This document shows positions 8,400-18,054 of a DNA stretch of 64,000 bases, piece after piece (the first letter of the stretch is position 1; the number at the start of each line of letters is the position of its first letter). The notes below the pieces were generated by a model that made no database searches, was not told the origin of the DNA, and saw nothing but the letters and a program-made list of their open reading frames with translations. Source of the stretch: an uncultured Clostridia bacterium (GTDB lineage: Bacteria > Bacillota > Clostridia > TANB77 > CAG-508); NCBI GenBank assembly GCA_934154805.1, contig CAKPGM010000001.1, forward strand, positions 74,711-138,710, read 5' to 3'. The position numbers and the translations under genes were made by a program.

Positions 8400-9407
8400 T
8401 TAGTTTAGTTTTTCATCTATTTTACTGATGATTTCATTTTTTAAATTTTGGTCTGATATTTGTTCTATTATTTTAATAAATCTTGATTTTACTAGTAGCT
8501 TGACCGCTTCTTTATAGCTTAATCCTCTTGACATAATGTAAAATAATACTTTACTATCGACTTTTCCTGATGCTGTTGAGTGGTTTCCTTCTACGTCTTC
8601 TTCTGCACATAACAGCATAGGAAGTGCTATTGCTTTTGCTTTGTCTGACAATAGCATACAATATTCGTTTTCGTCTCCTTTTGCTTTTTTGCATCCTCTC
8701 TTGAAGTCGATTGTTCCTTTAAAGTGTTTCTTTGCTTTGTCTGATAGAGCTCCCTGCACATCTATGTTGATGTTTGTTTTTGCTCCATAGAGTTCTGCTA
8801 TGTAGTTTATGTCTTTTAGTTGTTCATCTACTCCTAAATATACTGTTTTTACGTCGTTTTGAGCATTTTCGCCTTGTAGATTTGAGTAGTAATTGGTTAT
8901 GCTTGATTTTCCACCGATGTCTATTATTTTGTAATTTACTTTTGCATTTTTGTTTAGTATGCTTTCTATTGCTTGGAAGTTGTCTGATTTTTCGTTTAGT
9001 AGATTGATTATATTTACATTTACTTCTGCATTTTCGTCTGCTATTACTTTAAGCACACCATTGTGAAAGTGTTTTTCTTCTCCTTGTGATTTGTATTCTA
9101 TTGTAATTGTTGATTTTCCTTTTGCATTTATTAAGATTTGGTCTGTTAGATTTTGATTCTCTTTATCGAAATTGCATACTATTTTTTCTTCTTTATTTTC
9201 TAGGTTTATTTCTATTTTGCTGTTTGCTTTGATATAGGCTAGTCCAATTCCATATTTTAGGCTTAAATCTTCTTTTAATACAGTCGCATCTTCTGGTATT
9301 TGCATATTATTAAATTCTTTTATGTCTTCTGGGATTTTTACGTCAATTTTAATGTTGTTTATATTAAAGTTTCTCGAAGTTCTTACTGGTGTATTGTTTA
9401 GTTCCAT
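8400..9407 (-). CDS. sufD: Fe-S cluster assembly protein SufD
   Basis: 335 aa. Position between sufB and sufS. C-terminal EAVKLLV...F motif typical of SufB/D. Confidence 0.85.
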   Translation of the reverse strand: MELNNTPVRTSRNFNINNIKIDVKIPEDIKEFNNMQIPEDATVLKEDLSLKYGIGLAYIKANSKIEINLENKEEKIVCNFDKENQNLTDQILINAKGKSTITIEYKSQGEEKHFHNGVLKVIADENAEVNVNIINLLNEKSDNFQAIESILNKNAKVNYKIIDIGGKSSITNYYSNLQGENAQNDVKTVYLGVDEQLKDINYIAELYGAKTNINIDVQGALSDKAKKHFKGTIDFKRGCKKAKGDENEYCMLLSDKAKAIALPMLLCAEEDVEGNHSTASGKVDSKVLFYIMSRGLSYKEAVKLLVKSRFIKIIEQISDQNLKNEIISKIDEKLN

Positions 9408-9408
9408 A

Positions 9409-10806
9409 TTATCCGATGCTCCCTTCTAATTCTAGATTTATTAAGTTGTTCATTTCTACCGCATATTCAACAGGAAGTTCCTTTGAGACTGGATATGCAA
9501 ATCCTCTTACTATCATTGCTTTTGCGTCTTCTTCTGATAATCCTCTGCTCATTAAGTAGAAGATTGCTTTGTCGCTTATTTTTCCTATTTTTGCCTCGTG
9601 AGAAAATTCTACTTCATCTGTTTGTATGTCGTTAACCGGAATTGTGTCTGATCGTGATATGTCGTCTAACATTAGAGATTCGCAACTTACGCTACATTTT
9701 GAGTTTTTTGCATTTTCTGTTATTTTTACTAATGATCTATATGTACAAATTCCTCCGTTTTTTGATATTGATTTTGAATTTATAACAGATGAAGTATTTG
9801 GTGCATTATGAATTGTTTTGAATCCTGTGTCTAGATTTTGTCCTTCTCCTGCAAATGTTATTCCTGTATATTCTGTTTTTGCTCCTTCTCCGTTTAATAT
9901 GCTCATTGGATATAGCATTGAAACCTTTGATCCAAATGAGCCTGTTACCCAGTCCACTTGTGCATTTTTTCCTACTATAGCTTTTTTAGTATTTAAGTTC
10001 ATCATATTTTTTGACCAGTTTTCTATGGTAGAATATCTTAGATATGCATTGTCTTTTACATATAATTCGACGCATCCTGCATGTAGATTGACTTTGTTGT
10101 ATTTTGGCGCTGAGCATCCTTCTATAAAGTGAAGGCTTGCTCCTTCGTCTACTATTATTAATGTGTGTTCAAACTGTCCAGATTCTGGTGAGTTTAGTCT
10201 AAAATATGATTGAAGTGGTATTTCTAGTTTTACTCCTTTTGGCACATACACAAATGATCCTCCTGACCACACTGCTGCATGTAAAGCAACAAATTTATGG
10301 TCATTTATTGGCACGCATTTCATAAAGTATTTTTTTACTATTTCTGGATATTCTCTAACAGCTGTTTCCATATCTGTATAAATTACGCCTTGTTTTAGTA
10401 ATTCCTCTTTTATGCTATGATACACTACTTCCGAGTCATACTGTGCTCCAACTCCTCCTAATGATTTCTTTTCTGCCTCTGGAATTCCTAGTTTATCAAA
10501 TGTATTTTTTATGTCTTCTGGCACTTCTTCCCAACTATTATTTAATTTTGTTTTTGGCTTTACATATGTTGCTATTTCATCCATTTTTAGTTCAGATAGG
10601 TCTGGTCCCCAAGTTGGAAGTTCTAATTTGCTATATGTTTCTAGTGCTTCTAGTCTTATATTTTTCATCCAGTCAGGCTCATTTTTTTGTCTAGATATTT
10701 CTTCTACTATTTCTCTGTTTAAGCCTTTTTGCATTTTAAATTCATAGTTATCTTTGTTTTTTATATCATATATATTTCTATTTACTTCTTCTACTTGTGT
10801 TTTCAT
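9409..10806 (-). CDS. sufB: Fe-S cluster assembly protein SufB
   Basis: 465 aa. Conserved SufB C-terminal half (HEAKIGKISD..FYLMSRGLSEEDA). Confidence 0.9.
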   Translation of the reverse strand: MKTQVEEVNRNIYDIKNKDNYEFKMQKGLNREIVEEISRQKNEPDWMKNIRLEALETYSKLELPTWGPDLSELKMDEIATYVKPKTKLNNSWEEVPEDIKNTFDKLGIPEAEKKSLGGVGAQYDSEVVYHSIKEELLKQGVIYTDMETAVREYPEIVKKYFMKCVPINDHKFVALHAAVWSGGSFVYVPKGVKLEIPLQSYFRLNSPESGQFEHTLIIVDEGASLHFIEGCSAPKYNKVNLHAGCVELYVKDNAYLRYSTIENWSKNMMNLNTKKAIVGKNAQVDWVTGSFGSKVSMLYPMSILNGEGAKTEYTGITFAGEGQNLDTGFKTIHNAPNTSSVINSKSISKNGGICTYRSLVKITENAKNSKCSVSCESLMLDDISRSDTIPVNDIQTDEVEFSHEAKIGKISDKAIFYLMSRGLSEEDAKAMIVRGFAYPVSKELPVEYAVEMNNLINLELEGSIG

Positions 10807-10807
10807 T

Positions 10808-11554
10808 TTAAATACCTGCTTCCTTATATTTACTAAATCCGTTCTCTTCTATTTCTTTTACAAGTTCAGCAGAGCCTGTTTTTACTATTTTTCCATCCAT
10901 TAAAATATGAGCATAATCTACTTTTAAGTCTTCTAATATTCTCATATTGTGTGTAATAATTATGACAGCATTTTCTTTTGATGCATACATATTTATTCCT
11001 TTTGATACAGCTTTTACAGCATCTATATCTAGTCCAGAGTCAGTTTCGTCTAGAATTGCTAACTTCGGATTTAAAACAAGCATTTGCAATATTTCATTTT
11101 TCTTCTTTTCTCCTCCAGAGAATCCAACATTTAGGTTTCTTTCTATAAGCTTTGAATTCATATTTAATTCTTCTGCAAATTTGTTTACAGTATCTTTAAG
11201 CTCAAATACTTTTACTGGTTTATTTTCTATTTTGTTTTTAGCTACTTTTAGAAAATTAAATGAAGATATTCCTGGAATCTCTTCTGGTGATTGAAATGAC
11301 ATAAATATTCCTTTTTGAGCTATTTTATCTGTTGATAGATTGTTAATGTTCTCTCCCTCAAAGTCTATTTCACCACTTGTTTTCTTGTATTCTGGATTAT
11401 TTAAAATAACATTTGCTAATGTTGATTTTCCTGCCCCATTTGGTCCCATAATTACATGTATTTCACCTTTATTTACAGTAATATTTAATCCTTTTAATAT
11501 TTCTTTTTCTCCTGCAGTAGCATGCAAGTCTTTTATTTCTAATAATTTATTCAT
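10808..11554 (-). CDS. sufC: Fe-S cluster assembly ATPase SufC
   Basis: 248 aa. Walker A GPNGAGKST, signature FSGGEKK, Walker B ILDETDSGLD. Confidence 0.92.
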   Translation of the reverse strand: MNKLLEIKDLHATAGEKEILKGLNITVNKGEIHVIMGPNGAGKSTLANVILNNPEYKKTSGEIDFEGENINNLSTDKIAQKGIFMSFQSPEEIPGISSFNFLKVAKNKIENKPVKVFELKDTVNKFAEELNMNSKLIERNLNVGFSGGEKKKNEILQMLVLNPKLAILDETDSGLDIDAVKAVSKGINMYASKENAVIIITHNMRILEDLKVDYAHILMDGKIVKTGSAELVKEIEENGFSKYKEAGI

Positions 11555-11662
11555 AATTTATTCCTCTTTAATTCATAGTAATACAGTAGTAATTATAGCA
11601 TTTATATCATAGTAAGTCAATAGGAATTAAGATTAAAAAAAATTAGTGACTTTTTTTAGCCA

Positions 11663-12061
11663 CTATTTTATTAAATCTTCTAATGTTTTGCTATCTACAT
11701 ATTGATTTATTACATTGTCTAATCCATCCCAGAACATATATGTTTTGCAATATTGTTTTCTATCGCATTCACCATCATTGGTTACACAATATACTGGTGC
11801 TAAATCTCCTTCAGTTGCTCTTAATATATCTCCTATTTTATATTCACTAGGAGCTTTGGCTAATCTGTAGCCTCCCATATTTCCTCTTGCTGTTTCTAAA
11901 AATCCTGCTTTGTTTAGCATTGATATTATTTGCTCTAAATATTTATTTGATATTTGTTGTCTTTCTGAAATGTTTTTTAATGATATAAATTGTCCATTTC
12001 CGTTAATTGCTAAATCCACCATTATCCTTAGTGCATATCTTCCTTTTGTTGATATTTTCAT
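11663..12061 (-). CDS. Rrf2 family transcriptional regulator (IscR/CymR-like)
   Basis: Start moved to MKISTKGRYALRIM, preceded by AGGAGG. 132 aa. Cys residues in CVTNDGECDRKQYC. Confidence 0.85.
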   Translation of the reverse strand: MKISTKGRYALRIMVDLAINGNGQFISLKNISERQQISNKYLEQIISMLNKAGFLETARGNMGGYRLAKAPSEYKIGDILRATEGDLAPVYCVTNDGECDRKQYCKTYMFWDGLDNVINQYVDSKTLEDLIK

Positions 12062-12074
12062 TTTGCTCCTCCTA

Positions 12075-12653
12075 TTATTTTTTCTTGTTTTGTGCTTCAC
12101 GAACTATATCTCTATATGGTTGATCTTTCTTTTCTAAATTTTCGCATCCAAATCTTTTTATATAATTCTCTAACTCAGCATGTAATTGCTCTTTTTCCGT
12201 TTCATTATGCGAAATAAGTTCTAGCTCTGCAAAATAGCCAACGCCTTCAATTTCATCTAACATTATATTATGTTCAAAGCCAAACTCTTCTTTGCTATAT
12301 ACTGTTCTATGTTTAATAAACGAAACATATTCGTCATAGCCAAGATTTTTTATTATAAATTTTATATCTTCTAGGTCTTCAACCTTTAGTTGAATATTTA
12401 CTTCTTTTTTTCCATATTTTTCTGTATTTGCATCACTTCTTGGCTTAAATGTCAACTCTAAACTTTCGTTGTTTACTTTTCTTGTACGTAAACAAATTCT
12501 ATTTTTTATAAATTCTAAATCTTTATCTGTATAATATGTATCTTGTTCTGTTACTTTGTAATTAAGTTTGTAATCATATTCTTTTATCTTTTTTAAAATA
12601 TTTTCAAAATCATTTAGTTTATAACCTGCTTCTAATTCTATTAAGTTTGACAT
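12075..12653 (-). CDS. CYTH-domain protein (class IV adenylate cyclase / triphosphatase-like)
   Basis: Start moved to MSNLIELEAGYK, preceded by AGGAGGG. C-terminal GYFAELELI motif. Confidence 0.55.
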   Translation of the reverse strand: MSNLIELEAGYKLNDFENILKKIKEYDYKLNYKVTEQDTYYTDKDLEFIKNRICLRTRKVNNESLELTFKPRSDANTEKYGKKEVNIQLKVEDLEDIKFIIKNLGYDEYVSFIKHRTVYSKEEFGFEHNIMLDEIEGVGYFAELELISHNETEKEQLHAELENYIKRFGCENLEKKDQPYRDIVREAQNKKK

Positions 12654-12744
12654 TTTTTGCCCTCCTTTTTCCACAATTATATCACATTTTGTGGATTTTT
12701 CTATATTTTTATTCAATTTTTAGGTTTTGTTATATGGTTTCATT

Positions 12745-13509
12745 TTATTTTTCTGCTATTATTCCGTATAATCTTCTCTTTAATAGTATCCCTTTTTCAG
12801 TTTTATATTTTCTTACATATTCATCAAATAAATCTTTTTCGATTATTGTTCTATGTTCAAATTTTTCATTATTTATTTCTGAAAAATCGTCTATTATTGG
12901 TACTTTTAATAATAACGCCATTAAGTCTTGTTCTGTATTATAGTATTCATTTTCCACTATTTGTACTCTTTCTATTTTTTTAAATCCTGCTTTTACTAAA
13001 TCTAAATAATCTTGCTCTGATATCGCTATTTTGTCATTATATGCTTGACCTCTTTTAAATATCTCTTTTATTTCTTGGCAGTCTTCTTTGTCTATTCCTT
13101 CTATTATTAGTTTTCCACCTTTTACTAAACACTCGTGGATTTGTTCTGCATTTATTACTGTATGCCTTGCTGATACTAAATCAAATGTTTCTTTAGGGAA
13201 TTCCATTTTTCTACTATCCATATACGTAAATTTTACTCTTTTTTCTGGATATTGTTTTTGATTTTCTTTTGCTGTTTTTAACATTTCTTTTGAAAAATCT
13301 GTTGCAATTATCATTCCTACTTCTGGATATTTCTTTAATACTCTTTCTCCTCCTCCTGTTCCTATATCTAAACATAATGATTTTATTGTTGTGTTTTCTT
13401 TGATTTTTTCATAAAAATCCCAATTTGTTAATTTTTCTGTTTTACGTTTTATATAGCTGAAATCCCAGTTTTTTGTTTTTTCATAATATTTTAATTCATT
13501 TTCCTGCAT
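12745..13509 (-). CDS. class I SAM-dependent methyltransferase
   Basis: Start moved to MQENELKYY (RBS AAAGGAGAA). SAM motif CLDIGTGGGE. Confidence 0.75.
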   Translation of the reverse strand: MQENELKYYEKTKNWDFSYIKRKTEKLTNWDFYEKIKENTTIKSLCLDIGTGGGERVLKKYPEVGMIIATDFSKEMLKTAKENQKQYPEKRVKFTYMDSRKMEFPKETFDLVSARHTVINAEQIHECLVKGGKLIIEGIDKEDCQEIKEIFKRGQAYNDKIAISEQDYLDLVKAGFKKIERVQIVENEYYNTEQDLMALLLKVPIIDDFSEINNEKFEHRTIIEKDLFDEYVRKYKTEKGILLKRRLYGIIAEK

Positions 13510-13579
13510 TTTATTTTCTCCTTTATTTTTATTTGGTTGTAAATCAAAAAGAACCTCCCTTCTATGAACAAGCAAAAAC

Positions 13580-13600
13580 AACCATAATTTTGCTATGGTT
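13580..13600 (-). terminator. hairpin aaccata-N7-tatggtt followed by a T-rich tract
   Basis: 7-bp perfect stem. Lies about 120 nt downstream of the NUDIX gene. Related in sequence to the hairpin at 41870-41888. Confidence 0.45.
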
Positions 13601-13725
13601 AAATTTTTTGCCATTCATAAAGAAAGATTCTTAAACTCTCTTTATTTAAATTTTTATAGTATATCGCGAATGGACGAATTGAAATACTACTCTTTTATTT
13701 TAACATATTTTTTTGTTTTTATCAA

Positions 13726-14238
13726 CTACTTTTGGTTTTGATTGTTTTTTAACCAATTTTGTAAGATCTTAAATTCTTCATAATGATTTTTGAAAAATTT
13801 TCCCTCTTGATTTAATTGTTCTGCCTCTTCTGCTGTAAACCATTTTACTTGTTCAACTTCAGATTCTTGAAGTTCTAGTTTTTCTATGTTTGGTATGTCC
13901 ATTTTTACATAATAATCGTCCCAAAATACTCTTTCGTTGTCTTCTCTTCCACTATAATATTTTACTACTTTATTTGGATCTAAATCTATTCCTATTTCTT
14001 CTTTTGTTTCTGTTATAATCCCTTGTAAACTATCTTCTCCTGATTTTGGATGTCCTCCTGTTGTTGCCCATAAACCGTTTTTTCTTTTGCTACGCTTTTG
14101 GAATAGAAATTTTCCTTCAGAGTTTTGTATGTATACTAAAACTACCGTGATGTATGACCCCTCTGGTATTTCTTCTCCTTTGTATATTGTTTTTCCGGTT
14201 AATCTTCTGTTTATGTCATATAGATCTCTTTTTTCCAT
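13726..14238 (-). CDS. NUDIX hydrolase
   Basis: 170 aa. Nudix box GGHPKSGEDSLQGIITETKEEIGI. Confidence 0.85.
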   Translation of the reverse strand: MEKRDLYDINRRLTGKTIYKGEEIPEGSYITVVLVYIQNSEGKFLFQKRSKRKNGLWATTGGHPKSGEDSLQGIITETKEEIGIDLDPNKVVKYYSGREDNERVFWDDYYVKMDIPNIEKLELQESEVEQVKWFTAEEAEQLNQEGKFFKNHYEEFKILQNWLKNNQNQK

Positions 14239-14251
14239 TTATTTTCTCCTC

Positions 14252-14749
14252 TTAGTCAAAGTACTGGCTAATTTCTTGTAAGCCGTTAAAGTTTACTTGT
14301 CTTAGTATTTCATATACGATTATTGCTACTGAATTTGATAGATTCAAAGAACGTAGTGTTTCTCTCATTGGTATTCTTATATCTTTGTTCATGTATTTTT
14401 GAAGTAAGTCCTCTGGTAGTCCTTTTGTTTCTTTCCCAAATAGCACAAATACTTCTTCCATTTTACTGTAATCCACATCTGAGTAGCATCTTTTAGATTT
14501 TGTTGAAGCAAAGAACATATTGTGTTCTTCTGGTTTGTATTTTTCTAAAAAACTCTTTAATGAGTCGTGTTCTTCTATTTCTAGTTTATCCCAATAATCT
14601 AGTCCTGCTCTTTTTAGATGCTTATCATTTATTTCAAATCCTAATGGATATACTAAATGAAGCTTTGCTCCTATTGCTGCACATGTTCTTGCTATATTGC
14701 CTGTATTTTGTGGTATTTCTGGCTCAACCATTACTACATTTATTTTCAT
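14252..14749 (-). CDS. trmL: tRNA (cytidine/uridine-2'-O)-methyltransferase TrmL (SpoU/TrmH family)
   Basis: 165 aa. The start VMVEPEIPQNTGNIARTCAA and SLNLSNSVAIIVYE motif. Confidence 0.85.
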   Translation of the reverse strand: MKINVVMVEPEIPQNTGNIARTCAAIGAKLHLVYPLGFEINDKHLKRAGLDYWDKLEIEEHDSLKSFLEKYKPEEHNMFFASTKSKRCYSDVDYSKMEEVFVLFGKETKGLPEDLLQKYMNKDIRIPMRETLRSLNLSNSVAIIVYEILRQVNFNGLQEISQYFD

Positions 14750-14762
14750 TTTATGTCCTTTC

Positions 14763-16802
14763 TTATAATTCTATGTAATTGTATTCTATTTTTAAGTTGT
14801 CTAGTATTTCTTTTTCTCTGTTTGTACAAGTAAATATTATTGTTTGGTGTTCTTCTGCTTTTTCGTTTAAATATTGAATTATCTTTTCTAATCTTGCATT
14901 GTCAAAGTATGCAAACGTTTCATCTAGTATTATTGGAAGAGTTTCTTTTGATAAATCTTTTATCATAGATAGTCTTAGAGCTAAATATAACTGGTCAATT
15001 GTTCCTGTACTTAGCTTATTGGCTTCTATATATTCACCTCTTGCATTTTCAATTATCATACCATTTTCATCATTTATTGCAACTTTTTCGTATTTGTTGT
15101 TTGTTATCTCTTTTATTCCCTCTGAAAGATTGTTTGTAAATTTTGGGGTTATTGTTGTTTTCATTTCTTCATATGCTTTAGTTAGATTTTCTATTGCTAG
15201 GTTTATTACCTCTTCTTTTTGTAATAGTTCTGTCTTATTTTGCATATCCGCTTCTAACTTTTCTTCTAAGTTTACTAAGTTGTCTAACTGTGGTAATATT
15301 GTGTTTTCTTCTATTTCTAATCCTGTTAACTTTATTTTATTTGTGTTTAGTTGCTCTTCTAATGAGTGCAAATTGTTGCTTTCTATAATACTGTTTATTT
15401 TTTCTATTGGTATATCAGTTTGATATTTTGTTATTATCTGATTTTTGTCTTGATTTTGAGTATTTAATAAATCTGTTTTTATTTTATTTACTTGTGCTGA
15501 TATTTGTTCATTGTTGTTTTCAAGCAATAGTAATTGTCCTTTTATCATTGATATTTGACTGTCTAAGTCTCTTTTTTCTTCTTCTTTATCTTGTAGTTCT
15601 TTTGTTAAATTTTCTATCTCCTGTGCTGTTCTAATTCTGTTTTCCTCTTGTTTATTTTTTTGTTCTTGAATCTCTTTTTTCTTTTTGTTTTGAGTAATTG
15701 CTAATATTATAACATCTATTATAGACAATACTAATGGAATTCCTGCTAATACGTAATTTTTTACTATTACAGCAAGCACCACTGCTACTATTATTAAAGC
15801 AACTGCTATTACTAAATATATTGATTTTTTAGAAGTATTTTTTATTTCTATGTTTTCTTCTTGGTTTTGTTTTTTACTCTCTATTTCTGATTGTAGCTTT
15901 CTAGAATTCTCGCCAACACTTTTTTCGATATCTCCTAGTTCTTTCATTTTATTTTTTAGTGTTAGTACTTTTGACTCATTTTCTTTTATATTGTTTTCTT
16001 TTATTTGTATTTCTTTTTTGTTTTCGTTCTCTGCTAGTTCACTTTCTCTTAATTCTTGTAGAATCTTTCTTTCTATTTCTAGTTCTTTTATCTGCTCTTT
16101 TAGTTCTTCTTTCTCTGAGTCTATTTCATACTTTTTGTCTTTGTATGGTCTAATTTCTTCTATTTTTCTATTTATTTCTTCTATTTCTTTTTCTATTATA
16201 TTTATTGGTTTTTGAGTTGTTTTGTTTGTTCCTATTTCATCCCTTATTTTGTCTTGTAGCTTTCCTAGTGCTTTTTTATATGATACATTGTCCTCTCCTG
16301 TTCCTGCTAGGTTTGCTATTTTTTGTATAAGAAGATTTTGCTCTTTTTCTTCTAATCTTACTTCTTGTTGCATAGAAACAACTGTTGATAAATATGTTTG
16401 TTTATCAACTCCTGTTTGCTCTATGAAAAATTTGCTTCCATCTTTTTTATCTATTTCAAAATTATCTGTAATGTCTTCTAATCTTTCATTATATATTTTA
16501 GGATTCTTTTTAGTAAAATCTCTAAATATTTCATACTGTGAATTGTCATTTAATGTGTATTTTATTCTTCCAGAGAATTCACTGCCTGCCCAAGGTTTGT
16601 ATTTTTCGTAGTCTGATATTTCTCTTCCATCTTTTGTTTTTGATATTCCATAAAAACTATTAACAATGTAGCTTAATAACGTTGATTTTCCACTTTCGTT
16701 TGCTCCGTGTATAATATTTATTCCTTTATTTAAGCTAATGTCTTTGTTCTTTATGTTACCATATGCATTTATTTTTAAATTATCTATTCTCAATAGATTC
16801 AC
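14763..16802 (-). CDS. SbcC/Rad50-like coiled-coil ATPase with central transmembrane hairpin (YhaN-like)
   Basis: 679 aa. Walker A GANESGKST, Walker B-like ILDETFAYFD, long K/E/Q-rich coiled coil. The hydrophobic segment IYLVIAVALIIVAVVLAVIV...IPLVLSIIDVIILAI sits mid-protein. Confidence 0.7.
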   Translation of the reverse strand: MNLLRIDNLKINAYGNIKNKDISLNKGINIIHGANESGKSTLLSYIVNSFYGISKTKDGREISDYEKYKPWAGSEFSGRIKYTLNDNSQYEIFRDFTKKNPKIYNERLEDITDNFEIDKKDGSKFFIEQTGVDKQTYLSTVVSMQQEVRLEEKEQNLLIQKIANLAGTGEDNVSYKKALGKLQDKIRDEIGTNKTTQKPINIIEKEIEEINRKIEEIRPYKDKKYEIDSEKEELKEQIKELEIERKILQELRESELAENENKKEIQIKENNIKENESKVLTLKNKMKELGDIEKSVGENSRKLQSEIESKKQNQEENIEIKNTSKKSIYLVIAVALIIVAVVLAVIVKNYVLAGIPLVLSIIDVIILAITQNKKKKEIQEQKNKQEENRIRTAQEIENLTKELQDKEEEKRDLDSQISMIKGQLLLLENNNEQISAQVNKIKTDLLNTQNQDKNQIITKYQTDIPIEKINSIIESNNLHSLEEQLNTNKIKLTGLEIEENTILPQLDNLVNLEEKLEADMQNKTELLQKEEVINLAIENLTKAYEEMKTTITPKFTNNLSEGIKEITNNKYEKVAINDENGMIIENARGEYIEANKLSTGTIDQLYLALRLSMIKDLSKETLPIILDETFAYFDNARLEKIIQYLNEKAEEHQTIIFTCTNREKEILDNLKIEYNYIEL

Positions 16803-17881
16803 CTCTTATTTAATATATCCATACCTATTTCAAATGCTTCCAACAATTTTTGTTTTTCTTCATCATTTGCTTGATTAGTTTGGTCTAGTATTTGTTTTGC
16901 AAATAGTCCTTTTAGACTCACCTGTTTTGCTGTTTCTTCTATGTCATATTTTATTTGTGTTTGATTTTTTATTTTGATTATATTTTGTATATTTAATATG
17001 TCTAATATTTTTGATTCGTCAAAGTCAAAGTTTCTTTTGCCTGTAAGTATTATTTTATAAAATTTATTTTCTTCTAAATTTTCTTCTCTTATTTTTTCTA
17101 TTAGATCTTCTTCTGAATTTAATAAACTTATATCAATTTCTTTTTCTTCAAATGTTTTTTCTTTTACAGGAATAAACTTTAGCTTTAGTTCTTTTTGTTC
17201 TGATATTTCTCCCTCTATTATTCCTCTTTCTCCAAGTTCATCAAATCCTAAAGACACTGTTGATCCAGGGTATACTATATTCTGATCTTTGTAGTCATTA
17301 TAGCTTTTTTTATGAATGTGACCTAGTGCAACATAATCAAAATCTAATTTTTTTAGTTCGCTAGTAGCGAACGGATTATATTTTATATATTCTTTTTCTC
17401 CGTCTAAACTGCTATGAGTTATAAAAATATTTATTTTATTTTTATCTTTTATCTCGATATCTTGTTTAGGTCTTTCCATCTGAAAATCGTTAAAACCATA
17501 ACCATAAATATCCACTCCATCACATTCTATTCTTTCAATTTTGTTTGTAAATATATGTACATTTTCATTCCATTTAAATTGTTGATAAAATGAGTTCTTT
17601 ATGTTTGGATCATGATTTCCTGGTGTTATAAATATTTTTGTATCTGGTATTTCTTTAAACAAATTATTTATATATTCTATTGTTGCTTTTTTTATGTAGT
17701 CTTGCTCATATAAATCTCCCGCAATAAATAAATATGGAATATTATTTTGTTTAATATATTCCACTATTTGTTTCATTACATTTCTTTGTTCTAATCTTCT
17801 CTCTGTAGCTAGATTTCCCCTTCCAGCTAATGTTACAAATGGTGCATCAAAGTGCATATCTGCCATATGTATAAATTTCAT
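16799..17881 (-). CDS. SbcD/Mre11-like metallophosphoesterase nuclease (YhaO-like)
   Basis: 360 aa. MADMHFD, GDLYE, GNHD and GHIH motifs. 4-nt overlap with the downstream ATPase gene. Confidence 0.8.
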   Translation of the reverse strand: MKFIHMADMHFDAPFVTLAGRGNLATERRLEQRNVMKQIVEYIKQNNIPYLFIAGDLYEQDYIKKATIEYINNLFKEIPDTKIFITPGNHDPNIKNSFYQQFKWNENVHIFTNKIERIECDGVDIYGYGFNDFQMERPKQDIEIKDKNKINIFITHSSLDGEKEYIKYNPFATSELKKLDFDYVALGHIHKKSYNDYKDQNIVYPGSTVSLGFDELGERGIIEGEISEQKELKLKFIPVKEKTFEEKEIDISLLNSEEDLIEKIREENLEENKFYKIILTGKRNFDFDESKILDILNIQNIIKIKNQTQIKYDIEETAKQVSLKGLFAKQILDQTNQANDEEKQKLLEAFEIGMDILNKR

Positions 17882-18021
17882 TTTATCACTCTCTTTTCTT
17901 ATAAATTTATATCATAGTTTCTAATTCAAGTCAATAGTTTTTAGAACATTTGTTTCCTATTGATAGAAATATTTTTATACTATAATAAAAAACATTCGGT
18001 TCTGATATTTCTAAGTACATC

Positions 18022-18054
18022 ACAAAAACCAGCATTTAAAATGCTGGTTTGATT
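18022..18054 (-). terminator. rho-independent terminator after the coupling-protein gene
   Basis: 10-bp stem aaaccagcat / atgctggttt, then a T-run on the minus strand. Confidence 0.75.
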
